Source of the DNA: an uncultured Clostridia bacterium
GTDB taxonomy: Bacteria; Bacillota; Clostridia; Christensenellales; UBA1242
Direction: 5' to 3'
NCBI GenBank assembly: GCA_944381245.1
Contig: CALWKK010000002.1
Span: forward strand, 1-60,438
DNA: 60,438 nt
Of this stretch, positions 29,925 to 38,849 are shown piece after piece (position 1 is the first letter of the stretch; each line of letters opens with the position of its first letter). Position numbers and translations under genes: made by a program. The notes under the pieces were generated by a model. That model searched no databases. It saw only the letters and a list, made by a program, of their open reading frames with translations, and was not told the DNA's origin.

Positions 29925-29949
29925 TATTCATATGAATTTTACAAGATTA

Positions 29950-30216
29950 TTATTTATTTTCTGTGTCTAACAATTCTTTTTTGCCTTCTCTATATCTTCC
30001 AACTTGCATATCTATTCTACCCATTGAATATATCGAATAGAAAATTAACCACAAACTAGCGACAAACACTAAAACGTAAACTATTATGCTTCCAATATTA
30101 TATCCCCCAAATATTGCTTCAACTAAATTCCAATTAAAAATTCCTATTAATCCCCAATTTAAAGCTCCCGCTAAAACTAAAATAAATGAAATAATGTTTA
30201 AAACTAAAAAAAGCAT
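29950..30216 (-). CDS. DUF378 small membrane protein
   Basis: GALNWGLIGIFNWNLV signature. GGAGAG SD. Confidence 0.75.
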   Translation of the reverse strand: MLFLVLNIISFILVLAGALNWGLIGIFNWNLVEAIFGGYNIGSIIVYVLVFVASLWLIFYSIYSMGRIDMQVGRYREGKKELLDTENK

Positions 30217-30272
30217 ATTCTCTCCTTTTAATATTATTATTTTTTACTATTTAATGTTTTTTATACATATAA

Positions 30273-30301
30273 TTGACACAAGAATTATTATATGATATAA
30301 T
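30273..30301 (+). promoter_or_regulatory. Consensus sigma-A promoter for tRNA-Leu
   Basis: TTGACA at 30273-30278, a 17-nt spacer and TATAAT at 30296-30301. The tRNA starts 8 nt downstream. Confidence 0.7.
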
Positions 30302-30309
30302 CTTGATAT

Positions 30310-30392
30310 GCGGATATGGCGAAATTGGTAGACGCGCTAGACTTAGGATCTAGTGAGAAATCGTGGGGGTTCGAGTCCCTTTATCCGCACCA
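30310..30392 (+). tRNA. tRNA-Leu (anticodon TAG), class II with a long variable arm, CCA encoded
   Basis: Acceptor GCGGATA/TATCCGC. Anticodon stem CTAGA/TCTAG with loop CTTAGGA. TTCGAGT T-loop. Confidence 0.9.
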
Positions 30393-30393
30393 A

Positions 30394-30430
30394 AAAAACA
30401 ATTCATTTAATATTTGAATTGTTTTTATTT
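30394..30430 (+). terminator. Intrinsic terminator after tRNA-Leu
   Basis: 12-bp stem AAAAACAATTCA / TGAATTGTTTTT with loop TTTAATATT, then ATTT. Confidence 0.65.
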
Positions 30431-30470
30431 ATATTATCTTAATTTTTTTAATATATTTAATATATTTTTA

Positions 30471-30500
30471 AAAAAATAAAAAGATAATAAAATTATCTTT
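30471..30500 (-). terminator. Intrinsic terminator of the giant surface-protein gene
   Basis: 9-bp stem AAAGATAAT / ATTATCTTT with a 3-nt loop, directly abutting the stop codon. T-rich tail on the minus strand. Confidence 0.55.
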
Positions 30501-33500
30501 TTATCTTACTTGCATTTTTTTTCTTAATAAGAAGAAAATTAATAATCCAACTGCAACAACCACTACTGATACGACAATTAAAATAATTGTTACTGTATTT
30601 AAAGGCTCTGTTATGGTAACGCGATAAGAATAAACTAATTTCCCACTATCTGTGTAAATTTGAATATAATATGACCCTATGTTACTCAAAACATGCGCAC
30701 TATTTGATTGATTAGATGTTTCCTCATTTATTTCATACACCTTTTGGTTATTTATTTGAATATAACAGTCTCCCAAAGCATCATATAAATTTTTTCTATT
30801 AAATTCAATTCTAATTTCTCCAGTTGTAGATTGCCCTTCTGGTAATGAAATACTTATTGGTGGTGTTACATTATTCAACCAGAAACTAAATTCAAAAGTT
30901 TGCGAACCCATTGTTGGATCAACACTTTCAAGTGTAAATGTATATACGCCATTGTTAAACCATTTGTTTCCTAAAACATCTTCTTCAAATATGGATAAAT
31001 TAATTTCGTTTGGAATAGATAATATTCTATCTTTTAAAATTTGTGATAATTCTTCGCCATTATATTTAATTGATAGTATATTATAATTATTATAATTTAC
31101 GTAATTAAATACCCATCTTGAATCATTTTCATTTATTATTGTAAATTTAATTTCATCTTCATTTAATTCTCTTGTTCCACCTTCAACTTTTGCCGAAAAA
31201 GAAATTCTATATGAGCCACTTTGTGTGAAAGTGTAAGTTCCAGAACCATTTTGAGTTATGCTATATAATTCATCATTCCTATACACTTTAATTATAGGTG
31301 TTGTTGAATAAAAGTGTGATGTATTTAAAGGTAATGTAACGACAACATTTCCATTATATATTGCATTGTCAATTGGATATTTCCCATTTATGTTAACAAT
31401 TACACTTCTAATAAAATTAACTGTTGTTGTTGTGCTTGGATAACCAGTTGATGAAGAAAATATTTGAACGTTTCCTGCTAAATCTTCAAATCTAAACATC
31501 ATATTTGAAGATTCATCAATTATTATAGTTGTTACTGTTCCGTTATTATTTCCTTGACTTAAATGCCAAGTTTCTCCGTTATCGACTGAAATATAACATT
31601 TGATTTTATTCTGATAAATTCCATAATAAGAAGCAAATTGTAATGTTATTTCATTAAAAATATCATCTTTGCATAAATATATCGATTTATTTGTGGAATT
31701 TATGTAATTTTCCGAACTCGGAACATTATATACTGTTCCCAAATAATAAATAAATGGATTGGATACTAATATATTATTTGTTTTTGAAACAACTGTTATT
31801 GCTATTGTTGTTTTATATATTGTTCCTGCATTACTTGTAATTTCATATACAGTTGTATTATTTTGTTGAAATATTTTTCCTTTTGAAACATTTAGTCCAT
31901 TTGTTATAACGTCCCATTGAGATGTGTTAACTATATAATGATGAGATGCAAACTTTCCAGTTGCGTATTCATAAAGCTCCCCTGTTGGATTTACAACTTC
32001 TTGATTTCCTTCGTCATTTGTCTTAACAACTGTATAGAACATAACATCTAAATCAGAAATTATAAAATCATAACTTTTTACAAAATCTAAAGCATTTCCA
32101 TTATTATCAAAGTTTTGTAAATAAACGTCGTAAACACCAATTTCACTGACAGTGTGTGGAGATGTTATTTCATAATATTCTTCATTTTTATCTCTATTTC
32201 TTAAAAATACTTTTGTTGTGTAATTTGTTGTAATACTTTCATCTAAAGTGCCAAAACTTATTGTTATAGGTTCGCTTTGTGTTATCAATTTATTTAAAAG
32301 TTCTTCAGTTATATTATCACCATTTTGATTTGTTATTTTTATATTTGGAATTTTATTATAAATTGTAACTAAAATAGTTTCTAAAACACCACTTTCGTCT
32401 TCAGTATATCCAAAATCTTGTGATTCTGCTATTATTTCATCAGGAATTTTATATGTTAAAACTAGTTTAAATATTCGTTTGTCTCCATAATAATTATTTT
32501 TAATTTCTGTTGAAGCGAATAATTGATATTGACTATAACTTGCTCCCAAATATGAACTGTCAATTACGTTATATTGTCCTGATACATCTGCTCCATTATT
32601 ATCTGTTATAGTAACCGTGTATAGATTTGAAATATTAACAGCAATATTACCTGAAACTAAAATATCATTACTCTGTTGCATTTCTGAAGTTATATCAAAT
32701 TCTCCCTCGTATCTGTTAAATGTTTCACTTTTATATTCTACCAACATTTTATATTCTCTGCCAAAATTATCTTTAAATAATATATAAAATGTGCATCTTG
32801 CAAAATCACTTTCAGCTGGAAGATAATAATATATTATTTTAGAATTTGATGATACTGCTGGAGAATATTTTTTGATTTGTCCATCAGTGAATTTATAAGT
32901 TTTGTGATTTATTTGATTATTCCCATTAATTTTAAATATCATAATAGAATTTTCATCTATATAAAGTGAAGAATCAAGCGAAGTTGTTACAATTAATGAT
33001 AAATTTTCCTTTACCACCTCATTGTTATCGTCTTTTATGTTAGATACATCTGATTGTATAATAACTCCATTGTTATCTGTTAATTTATGACTTGAATCAA
33101 TAACGTTGCCTTGAACTGAATATGAATAAGGTTGGGAATTAATAGTGTTAATAGTATCAATAAAAATTATATCATGTGAATCATTTCTTGCATTTAAGTT
33201 TAAATCATTGAATAATATTTTTTCTCCATTGCTTGACATTAATGAATCGCAAATGATTTCCACGCCATTATTTGAAAAATTGTCAGGAGTTATATAAAAA
33301 ATTTCATCGTCAATTATAATTTTTAAATATTTATAATAGTCGTAATCTTCATAAGCATTTTCAAAATTTATATTGTTTATTTTTAAATTGTTAAAACTAT
33401 CAATAATTATTGAATTTGTTTGACTAATATTATTTAAAAATATAATATTCGTTGAATTGCTATTTCTTATTGTTGCATTTATTTGTTGATTATCAATATC

Positions 33501-36500
33501 TTTTTCAATACTAACATTTGTATTAATAAATTCTTTTTCGTTAGATTTTTCAAAATTTATTTCATAATTTCTATAATCTCCAATGTAAATTGAATAAACT
33601 GTTTGATTACCTGCTAGATCTATTTCTATAATTTCATAATATCCAGAAAATTTAAATTCTGGATTTATTTCATCTGTCACCTTAATCCAACCTGTGTTTT
33701 CTGCAAAATATTCACTAAAAATATTGTCTGCTTTGGCAGTTGAATCAAAACCCAAGCCCGTTTCTTTATATGCTGCAGTAGTATATTTGTTGTTAAAATC
33801 TCTATAATAAAATATTTTTGTTTCTAAAGAAGAATTGTTTTTAAGTGTTTTTGAAAGATTGATTATAAAATTTTCTGAAGCAATAAATGTGTAATATTTA
33901 AAAATTCCAGTTGTAGCTGATTTTGAATATCTTGTGTCACTCGAACTTCTTATTTGAGATATTAAAATTCCTTCAATTGTTTTGTCTAAATCCATAAGTC
34001 CTGTCTTACTTGCGTTAGTTATGGAATTGGTTGACGCTATTCTATCTATTATTATATTCTTTTCAGATTGATACAAATTACCATAAAATTTTCTATAATT
34101 ATTAACTAAATCTCGGCTATAGGTTTCAAAAGACATTTTTATATTCACTTTTGTCACATCATTATCAAAATTTAAAACTAAATTATAGTTCTTATCATTT
34201 TTGGTAATTTTTAATACATAAATTTCATTATTTATATCTTCTTTTAAAACAAATATCTCTTCTCCATTTTCACCAAAAGTATAATAACTGTCACCTAAGA
34301 CATCATAAACTAAAATTTTTTGATTGGTTGAAGGAATAACTGTTTGAGATGAACCTTTGTAATAAACTATAGATATTTTTGACAAATCAATATTTGTTAA
34401 ATATTGGTTAGATTTTTCATCCCATGTAATTACTAATTCATTAGAATTTGTATAATAATTAATACCATCATTTAAAACTTCTTTGTTTTCCAAATTTGGC
34501 AAATCAGTATATTGCGCAGTCAAATTATAATCTGGAGAATTAATATTTACATTTACTATAACTTTAAAATTTTGATCATAATTATTAGTTAAATAATTTT
34601 TTATTGCTCCTATTTTTAGTGTGTAATTCCCTGAAATATATTGAGCATTGTTTAAAATTGGATTACTTTTTATAAATGTTGAATATTCTGTAATTGGTGT
34701 TGGATTTTCATCCAAAGCTAATTCTCCAACTGAGTAACCTGAAATCAAATAGTAGCCAGATTCAGAATTATAATTATAGTAATATATTATATTTTGTTCT
34801 TTATTATCTTTTTTTGCCGTTTGAGGTGAAACTAAAACAACATTTAAAACAAATGGAGAAAACGTTGATGTTAATCCTAACTCTTCGTTTACATCTAAAT
34901 TATTAAATGATATTAAATCTATAAATTTTATGTCTTGTAAATTACTGTTTTGAACTTGGTTTAAATTTAATGAACTTTCACCAACAATATTATTTATGTT
35001 ATCATATACTGTTCCATATTTCGAAACAGGAATATAAAATCCTAAAGGCAGCTGATTTGTTTGTAAAATATAATTATTAGAAGTCTGAGATTGCCTAAAT
35101 AATTCATTGTAAAATTCTTTAACTTCTGAATTTTCACCATCAAAAGTTGTAATAAATGTATAATAACCGGTTCTTTCTTCATCAGAATTATTTGCTGATA
35201 TTATTTCATTTCTATCAACAAATACAATTGTTTGAACCTCTTCATAATCGTATCCTAAATTTCCTAATTCGACTTCAGGAGGTATAGGTGAATACTTTCT
35301 AATAATAACGTATTTCCCTTGCTGAGTTTTACCATCAATAACATTTATAGGTATTTCAACAAAAACTTTATCTTGTAAATATCCTTGCGCAATTTGGTCT
35401 TCCGTTAAAGTTTCCAATCCTAAATCAATATTTATTGGCACTTCACTGTACACATATGAATTTTTACTTTTATCATAAATTAATGGATAGAATAAACAAA
35501 CTAATCCTTCATTTTCAATATCAACATATGCGTTAATTTCTGAAGGTCTTAGACTCTCCCAAGATAAATATATAATATTTGCTGTTGATGGATTATAATA
35601 ATTATTTTTAAAAGAGTTATCATCAGCTGTTTGAGAATTATATATATCTAAATTTGATGATGGATTATTACTTTGAGTATATATTAATAATCCAGATTGA
35701 TCTGTATTAAATCTTAACTTATGTGTGAAAGTCGGAGTTGTTGCTGACAAATTAGATTTATCAAAGATATTATAATAATATGTTCTATCTTCCATTCTTA
35801 AATTTTCATCTAATGGAACTTTTCTGACATAATATCCTTGCGCTATTATTTCATCATCTAATCTAACCGAAGTTTGCCCTGCTGTTTCAAAAATCGAAAC
35901 TATTGGAATTGCAATATATAATTTATTATCTGCATTATTTTTTCCTACAACATTTGCGCCATCTATCTTATTTAAATTTTCAAAAAATTCTTTTATATAA
36001 TTAGCGGCTTTCAAATTCAAATTTAACGAATTGATAAAACTAATATCAATTAAATTATTATTATAAGTTAATGAAATAGCTTTATGTGAACCAAAAAATA
36101 TTGTTGTTTCTTCAGTAACATTATTAACACCAACAACTTTTTTAAATTGATCTGCTGAATTTGTTGATTTCTGTAATACAATAGAAGGTGAAGTATCACA
36201 AACAACAGAATAATAGGCATAATTTCCAGCCTCATCTTCTAACATAAATATATAAAGACCGCTATAGCTTAAAACTGAATTTGACTCAACTTTGCTTATC
36301 TCAGATGCTTTAGTAAATATTGTTTCTGGAGTTGACTCTGTTATTTCAAAAGTATAATCATTTGCCAACCAAGATTCATTAAAAATGTATTCATAATCAT
36401 TTTCACTATATAATCTATCTGTTAAAACAAATCTAACAAATTTTGCAGTTATTCCAGCCCCACTTTTCTTATTATTCCAAAATACAGTAAAGGCTTTATT

Positions 36501-38690
36501 AGTTAATCCAATCTCACCTTGTTTTCCGATTTTATTAACATTATAATAAATTGATCCATATACACTTTCTGCTGAATATAATGAAATACCGGAAATTTCT
36601 TCTGTGTCAAGTTTAAATTTTATTGTTTCTTTCCCCGATTTTCCAAATTTTAAAGATAAATTATATTCACCGTCAACAATAATTCCTTCCCTTGGTTTAA
36701 TAATATAATATCCGTCAAACTTTTCTATTCCATATAGCATTAAATTATTTTTTTGTTCTTCTGTTAGTTCATCATAATCTTCATTAGGTAAAATTAATGT
36801 AATTGATTGACTTGATGTTTCATTATATCTTTTTATGTTTAATTCAAAATAAATTTGAGTGTCAAATTCATTTGCTTTAGCAAACTCAATAATTTGAATA
36901 CCATTATTAACAAAACTGTCATTGTAAATTCTTTCTCTTTCTGCTTCATTTTCAACAATATTACCTTCTTCGTCTAATTTAAATAAATTAAGATTAGATG
37001 TCAATTCTTTTATCTGAAATAAATAATATTGTACCGTTTCTTTTGTTTCATTTTTAGAGGTATTTGAGGTTTCAACCCAAGATTTAAAGCCGTCATTTGT
37101 TGAAATAATTTTAACAAAGTAATAACCTGGGTTTTGTAAATTAGATAAATATGAATAACTTTCATCTTTATTAAAATTTGTCCCATCAGTAGAATAATAA
37201 ACTTCAAAATTTGATGATATAGGAGTATTATAAATAAATTTCAATGGTGGTTGATTCGTTGAGGCAATAGTTATATCTGGATTTATATTTAATTTTGCTT
37301 GCCCCAGTTTATTCGAAATAAATGTATTTTCAGTTTCACCACTTTGTTCTTCATTAATAAAATTTATTATTCCTGTCACATCTCCATATATTGTGTTATT
37401 TTCATTTCTTAGTGGTAATTGCCCTAAATTACCGTCTTGATAAGTTAACTCTGTTCCAAAAATTTTTAAACTATCCTTTCGAGTATCTGTATTTAAATTT
37501 TCTAAATATATTTTTTGATTATTGTTATAATATATTGCTTTATATTCAATTTCATAATCTCCTAAATTGTCAAAATATATTTTAACAAATCCTGTTTGCT
37601 TACCTTCTTCATCTTTTTCTATTTCAACCCTAAGCTTTCTTGCATAAATATCCATTGTAGAAATTTGTTGTTCTATATTTTGAACAAAATTATTATTTGC
37701 AATACTATAAGTTGAATTTGTTATTTTTTTGTTGTTAACTGTTTGATTTGAGTTTGTTATACTTGAATCATTGAAAAATTTATATATTGTTGAAGTTCTA
37801 TGTATAGATTTTGTTATTGTAACTTCATATTTTGTTATATCAAATCTCAAATAAGGCAAACTATCAGATTGATTATAATAATAGAAGTATTCTGCAAAGT
37901 AAGTATTTCTTGTTGCTGAATCTGTTACATAATTAGAATAATCAAAAATTTCAGTATTTGGTCTGTCAGCTATTTCAAAAGGAGCTGTTTCATCTAATGA
38001 TTCTAACCTATGATAAGAATTATAATTAAAAGCATAAAACATAAAACTATAACTTTGTAAAATAGAGTCAACTTCGTAATCTCCGGTTGAGAAAACAACC
38101 TTTCCTTCTTTACCCCCGAAAACTCCAAGATTTCCTATGTTAATATCATTTAAAATATTATTGACATCTATAATATATCCAAATTCCTTTACAATTGAAG
38201 CGCCATCATTTATTGTTACATTGTTTTCCACTTCATTATCTAAACTTTCTCCATTAATAGTTACTTTAGAATTTAAAAAATCAACAGGTTTTGAAATTAC
38301 ATTCCCGTCTTCATCAATAATTAACCCTTCATCAGCCCCATTTTGTCTTGCAAAACTAATTAATATTACTTCGTCATCTTTTAATAAAACAGTTTCTCCA
38401 AATTTAATATATTCATACTCACCATTATCTTTGGTCAAAATTTCATAAGTAGGCCAATATTCTCCAGTCCCTTGACTTGCCTCTTTATCAATTTTTACTT
38501 TAACTGCATAAAATACAACCCCATTTAAGGTGTAATACCCTTTTTCATTAAATTCTCCGTAATTATAAGTCTCAGCTTTAACGTTATCAATAGGTTTGTA
38601 AGCCAAAAATCCAACTAAAATTCCTATTGAACACAATAATAACATAATTATAGATATTAGTATTATCCTTTTTTTTAAAACTGAGTTCAT
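30501..38690 (-). CDS. Giant (2,729 aa) cell-surface protein with an N-terminal signal sequence and C-terminal TM anchor
   Basis: Uninterrupted 8.2-kb ORF. I chose the start at the ATG at 38690 with a GGGGGA SD. Signal-like MNSVLKKRIILISIIMLLLCSIGILVGF...VKA. C-terminal helix IILIVVSVVVVAVGLLIFFLL followed by RKKMQVR. Recurrent Ig-like module signature G-x-Y-x-hydrophobic...D-x-AGN (LEDEAGNYAYY, IDLAGNQTVY, FEDLAGNVQIF). No LPXTG motif. Confidence 0.8.
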   Translation of the reverse strand: MNSVLKKRIILISIIMLLLCSIGILVGFLAYKPIDNVKAETYNYGEFNEKGYYTLNGVVFYAVKVKIDKEASQGTGEYWPTYEILTKDNGEYEYIKFGETVLLKDDEVILISFARQNGADEGLIIDEDGNVISKPVDFLNSKVTINGESLDNEVENNVTINDGASIVKEFGYIIDVNNILNDINIGNLGVFGGKEGKVVFSTGDYEVDSILQSYSFMFYAFNYNSYHRLESLDETAPFEIADRPNTEIFDYSNYVTDSATRNTYFAEYFYYYNQSDSLPYLRFDITKYEVTITKSIHRTSTIYKFFNDSSITNSNQTVNNKKITNSTYSIANNNFVQNIEQQISTMDIYARKLRVEIEKDEEGKQTGFVKIYFDNLGDYEIEYKAIYYNNNQKIYLENLNTDTRKDSLKIFGTELTYQDGNLGQLPLRNENNTIYGDVTGIINFINEEQSGETENTFISNKLGQAKLNINPDITIASTNQPPLKFIYNTPISSNFEVYYSTDGTNFNKDESYSYLSNLQNPGYYFVKIISTNDGFKSWVETSNTSKNETKETVQYYLFQIKELTSNLNLFKLDEEGNIVENEAERERIYNDSFVNNGIQIIEFAKANEFDTQIYFELNIKRYNETSSQSITLILPNEDYDELTEEQKNNLMLYGIEKFDGYYIIKPREGIIVDGEYNLSLKFGKSGKETIKFKLDTEEISGISLYSAESVYGSIYYNVNKIGKQGEIGLTNKAFTVFWNNKKSGAGITAKFVRFVLTDRLYSENDYEYIFNESWLANDYTFEITESTPETIFTKASEISKVESNSVLSYSGLYIFMLEDEAGNYAYYSVVCDTSPSIVLQKSTNSADQFKKVVGVNNVTEETTIFFGSHKAISLTYNNNLIDISFINSLNLNLKAANYIKEFFENLNKIDGANVVGKNNADNKLYIAIPIVSIFETAGQTSVRLDDEIIAQGYYVRKVPLDENLRMEDRTYYYNIFDKSNLSATTPTFTHKLRFNTDQSGLLIYTQSNNPSSNLDIYNSQTADDNSFKNNYYNPSTANIIYLSWESLRPSEINAYVDIENEGLVCLFYPLIYDKSKNSYVYSEVPINIDLGLETLTEDQIAQGYLQDKVFVEIPINVIDGKTQQGKYVIIRKYSPIPPEVELGNLGYDYEEVQTIVFVDRNEIISANNSDEERTGYYTFITTFDGENSEVKEFYNELFRQSQTSNNYILQTNQLPLGFYIPVSKYGTVYDNINNIVGESSLNLNQVQNSNLQDIKFIDLISFNNLDVNEELGLTSTFSPFVLNVVLVSPQTAKKDNKEQNIIYYYNYNSESGYYLISGYSVGELALDENPTPITEYSTFIKSNPILNNAQYISGNYTLKIGAIKNYLTNNYDQNFKVIVNVNINSPDYNLTAQYTDLPNLENKEVLNDGINYYTNSNELVITWDEKSNQYLTNIDLSKISIVYYKGSSQTVIPSTNQKILVYDVLGDSYYTFGENGEEIFVLKEDINNEIYVLKITKNDKNYNLVLNFDNDVTKVNIKMSFETYSRDLVNNYRKFYGNLYQSEKNIIIDRIASTNSITNASKTGLMDLDKTIEGILISQIRSSSDTRYSKSATTGIFKYYTFIASENFIINLSKTLKNNSSLETKIFYYRDFNNKYTTAAYKETGLGFDSTAKADNIFSEYFAENTGWIKVTDEINPEFKFSGYYEIIEIDLAGNQTVYSIYIGDYRNYEINFEKSNEKEFINTNVSIEKDIDNQQINATIRNSNSTNIIFLNNISQTNSIIIDSFNNLKINNINFENAYEDYDYYKYLKIIIDDEIFYITPDNFSNNGVEIICDSLMSSNGEKILFNDLNLNARNDSHDIIFIDTINTINSQPYSYSVQGNVIDSSHKLTDNNGVIIQSDVSNIKDDNNEVVKENLSLIVTTSLDSSLYIDENSIMIFKINGNNQINHKTYKFTDGQIKKYSPAVSSNSKIIYYYLPAESDFARCTFYILFKDNFGREYKMLVEYKSETFNRYEGEFDITSEMQQSNDILVSGNIAVNISNLYTVTITDNNGADVSGQYNVIDSSYLGASYSQYQLFASTEIKNNYYGDKRIFKLVLTYKIPDEIIAESQDFGYTEDESGVLETILVTIYNKIPNIKITNQNGDNITEELLNKLITQSEPITISFGTLDESITTNYTTKVFLRNRDKNEEYYEITSPHTVSEIGVYDVYLQNFDNNGNALDFVKSYDFIISDLDVMFYTVVKTNDEGNQEVVNPTGELYEYATGKFASHHYIVNTSQWDVITNGLNVSKGKIFQQNNTTVYEITSNAGTIYKTTIAITVVSKTNNILVSNPFIYYLGTVYNVPSSENYINSTNKSIYLCKDDIFNEITLQFASYYGIYQNKIKCYISVDNGETWHLSQGNNNGTVTTIIIDESSNMMFRFEDLAGNVQIFSSSTGYPSTTTTVNFIRSVIVNINGKYPIDNAIYNGNVVVTLPLNTSHFYSTTPIIKVYRNDELYSITQNGSGTYTFTQSGSYRISFSAKVEGGTRELNEDEIKFTIINENDSRWVFNYVNYNNYNILSIKYNGEELSQILKDRILSIPNEINLSIFEEDVLGNKWFNNGVYTFTLESVDPTMGSQTFEFSFWLNNVTPPISISLPEGQSTTGEIRIEFNRKNLYDALGDCYIQINNQKVYEINEETSNQSNSAHVLSNIGSYYIQIYTDSGKLVYSYRVTITEPLNTVTIILIVVSVVVVAVGLLIFFLLRKKMQVR

Positions 38691-38721
38691 ATATCCCCCA
38701 AGATTATTGAATTTATTGTAA

Positions 38722-38751
38722 ATTTTAACATAAAATGATGTTTTTCTCCAA
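38722..38751 (-). promoter_or_regulatory. Candidate promoter of the giant gene
   Basis: The minus strand reads TTGGAG, an 18-nt spacer ending in TGT, then TAAAAT. It lies about 30 nt upstream of the ATG at 38690. Confidence 0.45.
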
Positions 38752-38762
38752 ATAAAAGACAT

Positions 38763-38799
38763 AAAAAAATATTATTATTATTTTGAATAATAATAATAA
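38763..38799 (-). terminator. AT-only hairpin plus T-run downstream of spoIIE
   Basis: 13-bp A/T stem (ATTATTATTATT / AATAATAATAAT) with a 4-nt loop, followed on the minus strand by TTTTTTT. Confidence 0.4.
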
Positions 38800-38849
38800 T
38801 TTTATGTAAAAAAAACATTATTTAAATATTCATAAATCATTTAAAATAT

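Noticed and set aside
38691-38762. 24-codon N-terminal extension of the giant ORF (ATG at 38762)
   Set aside because: The extension has no SD and would start upstream of the candidate promoter. The ATG at 38690 has a GGGGGA SD and gives a normal signal-peptide N-terminus.
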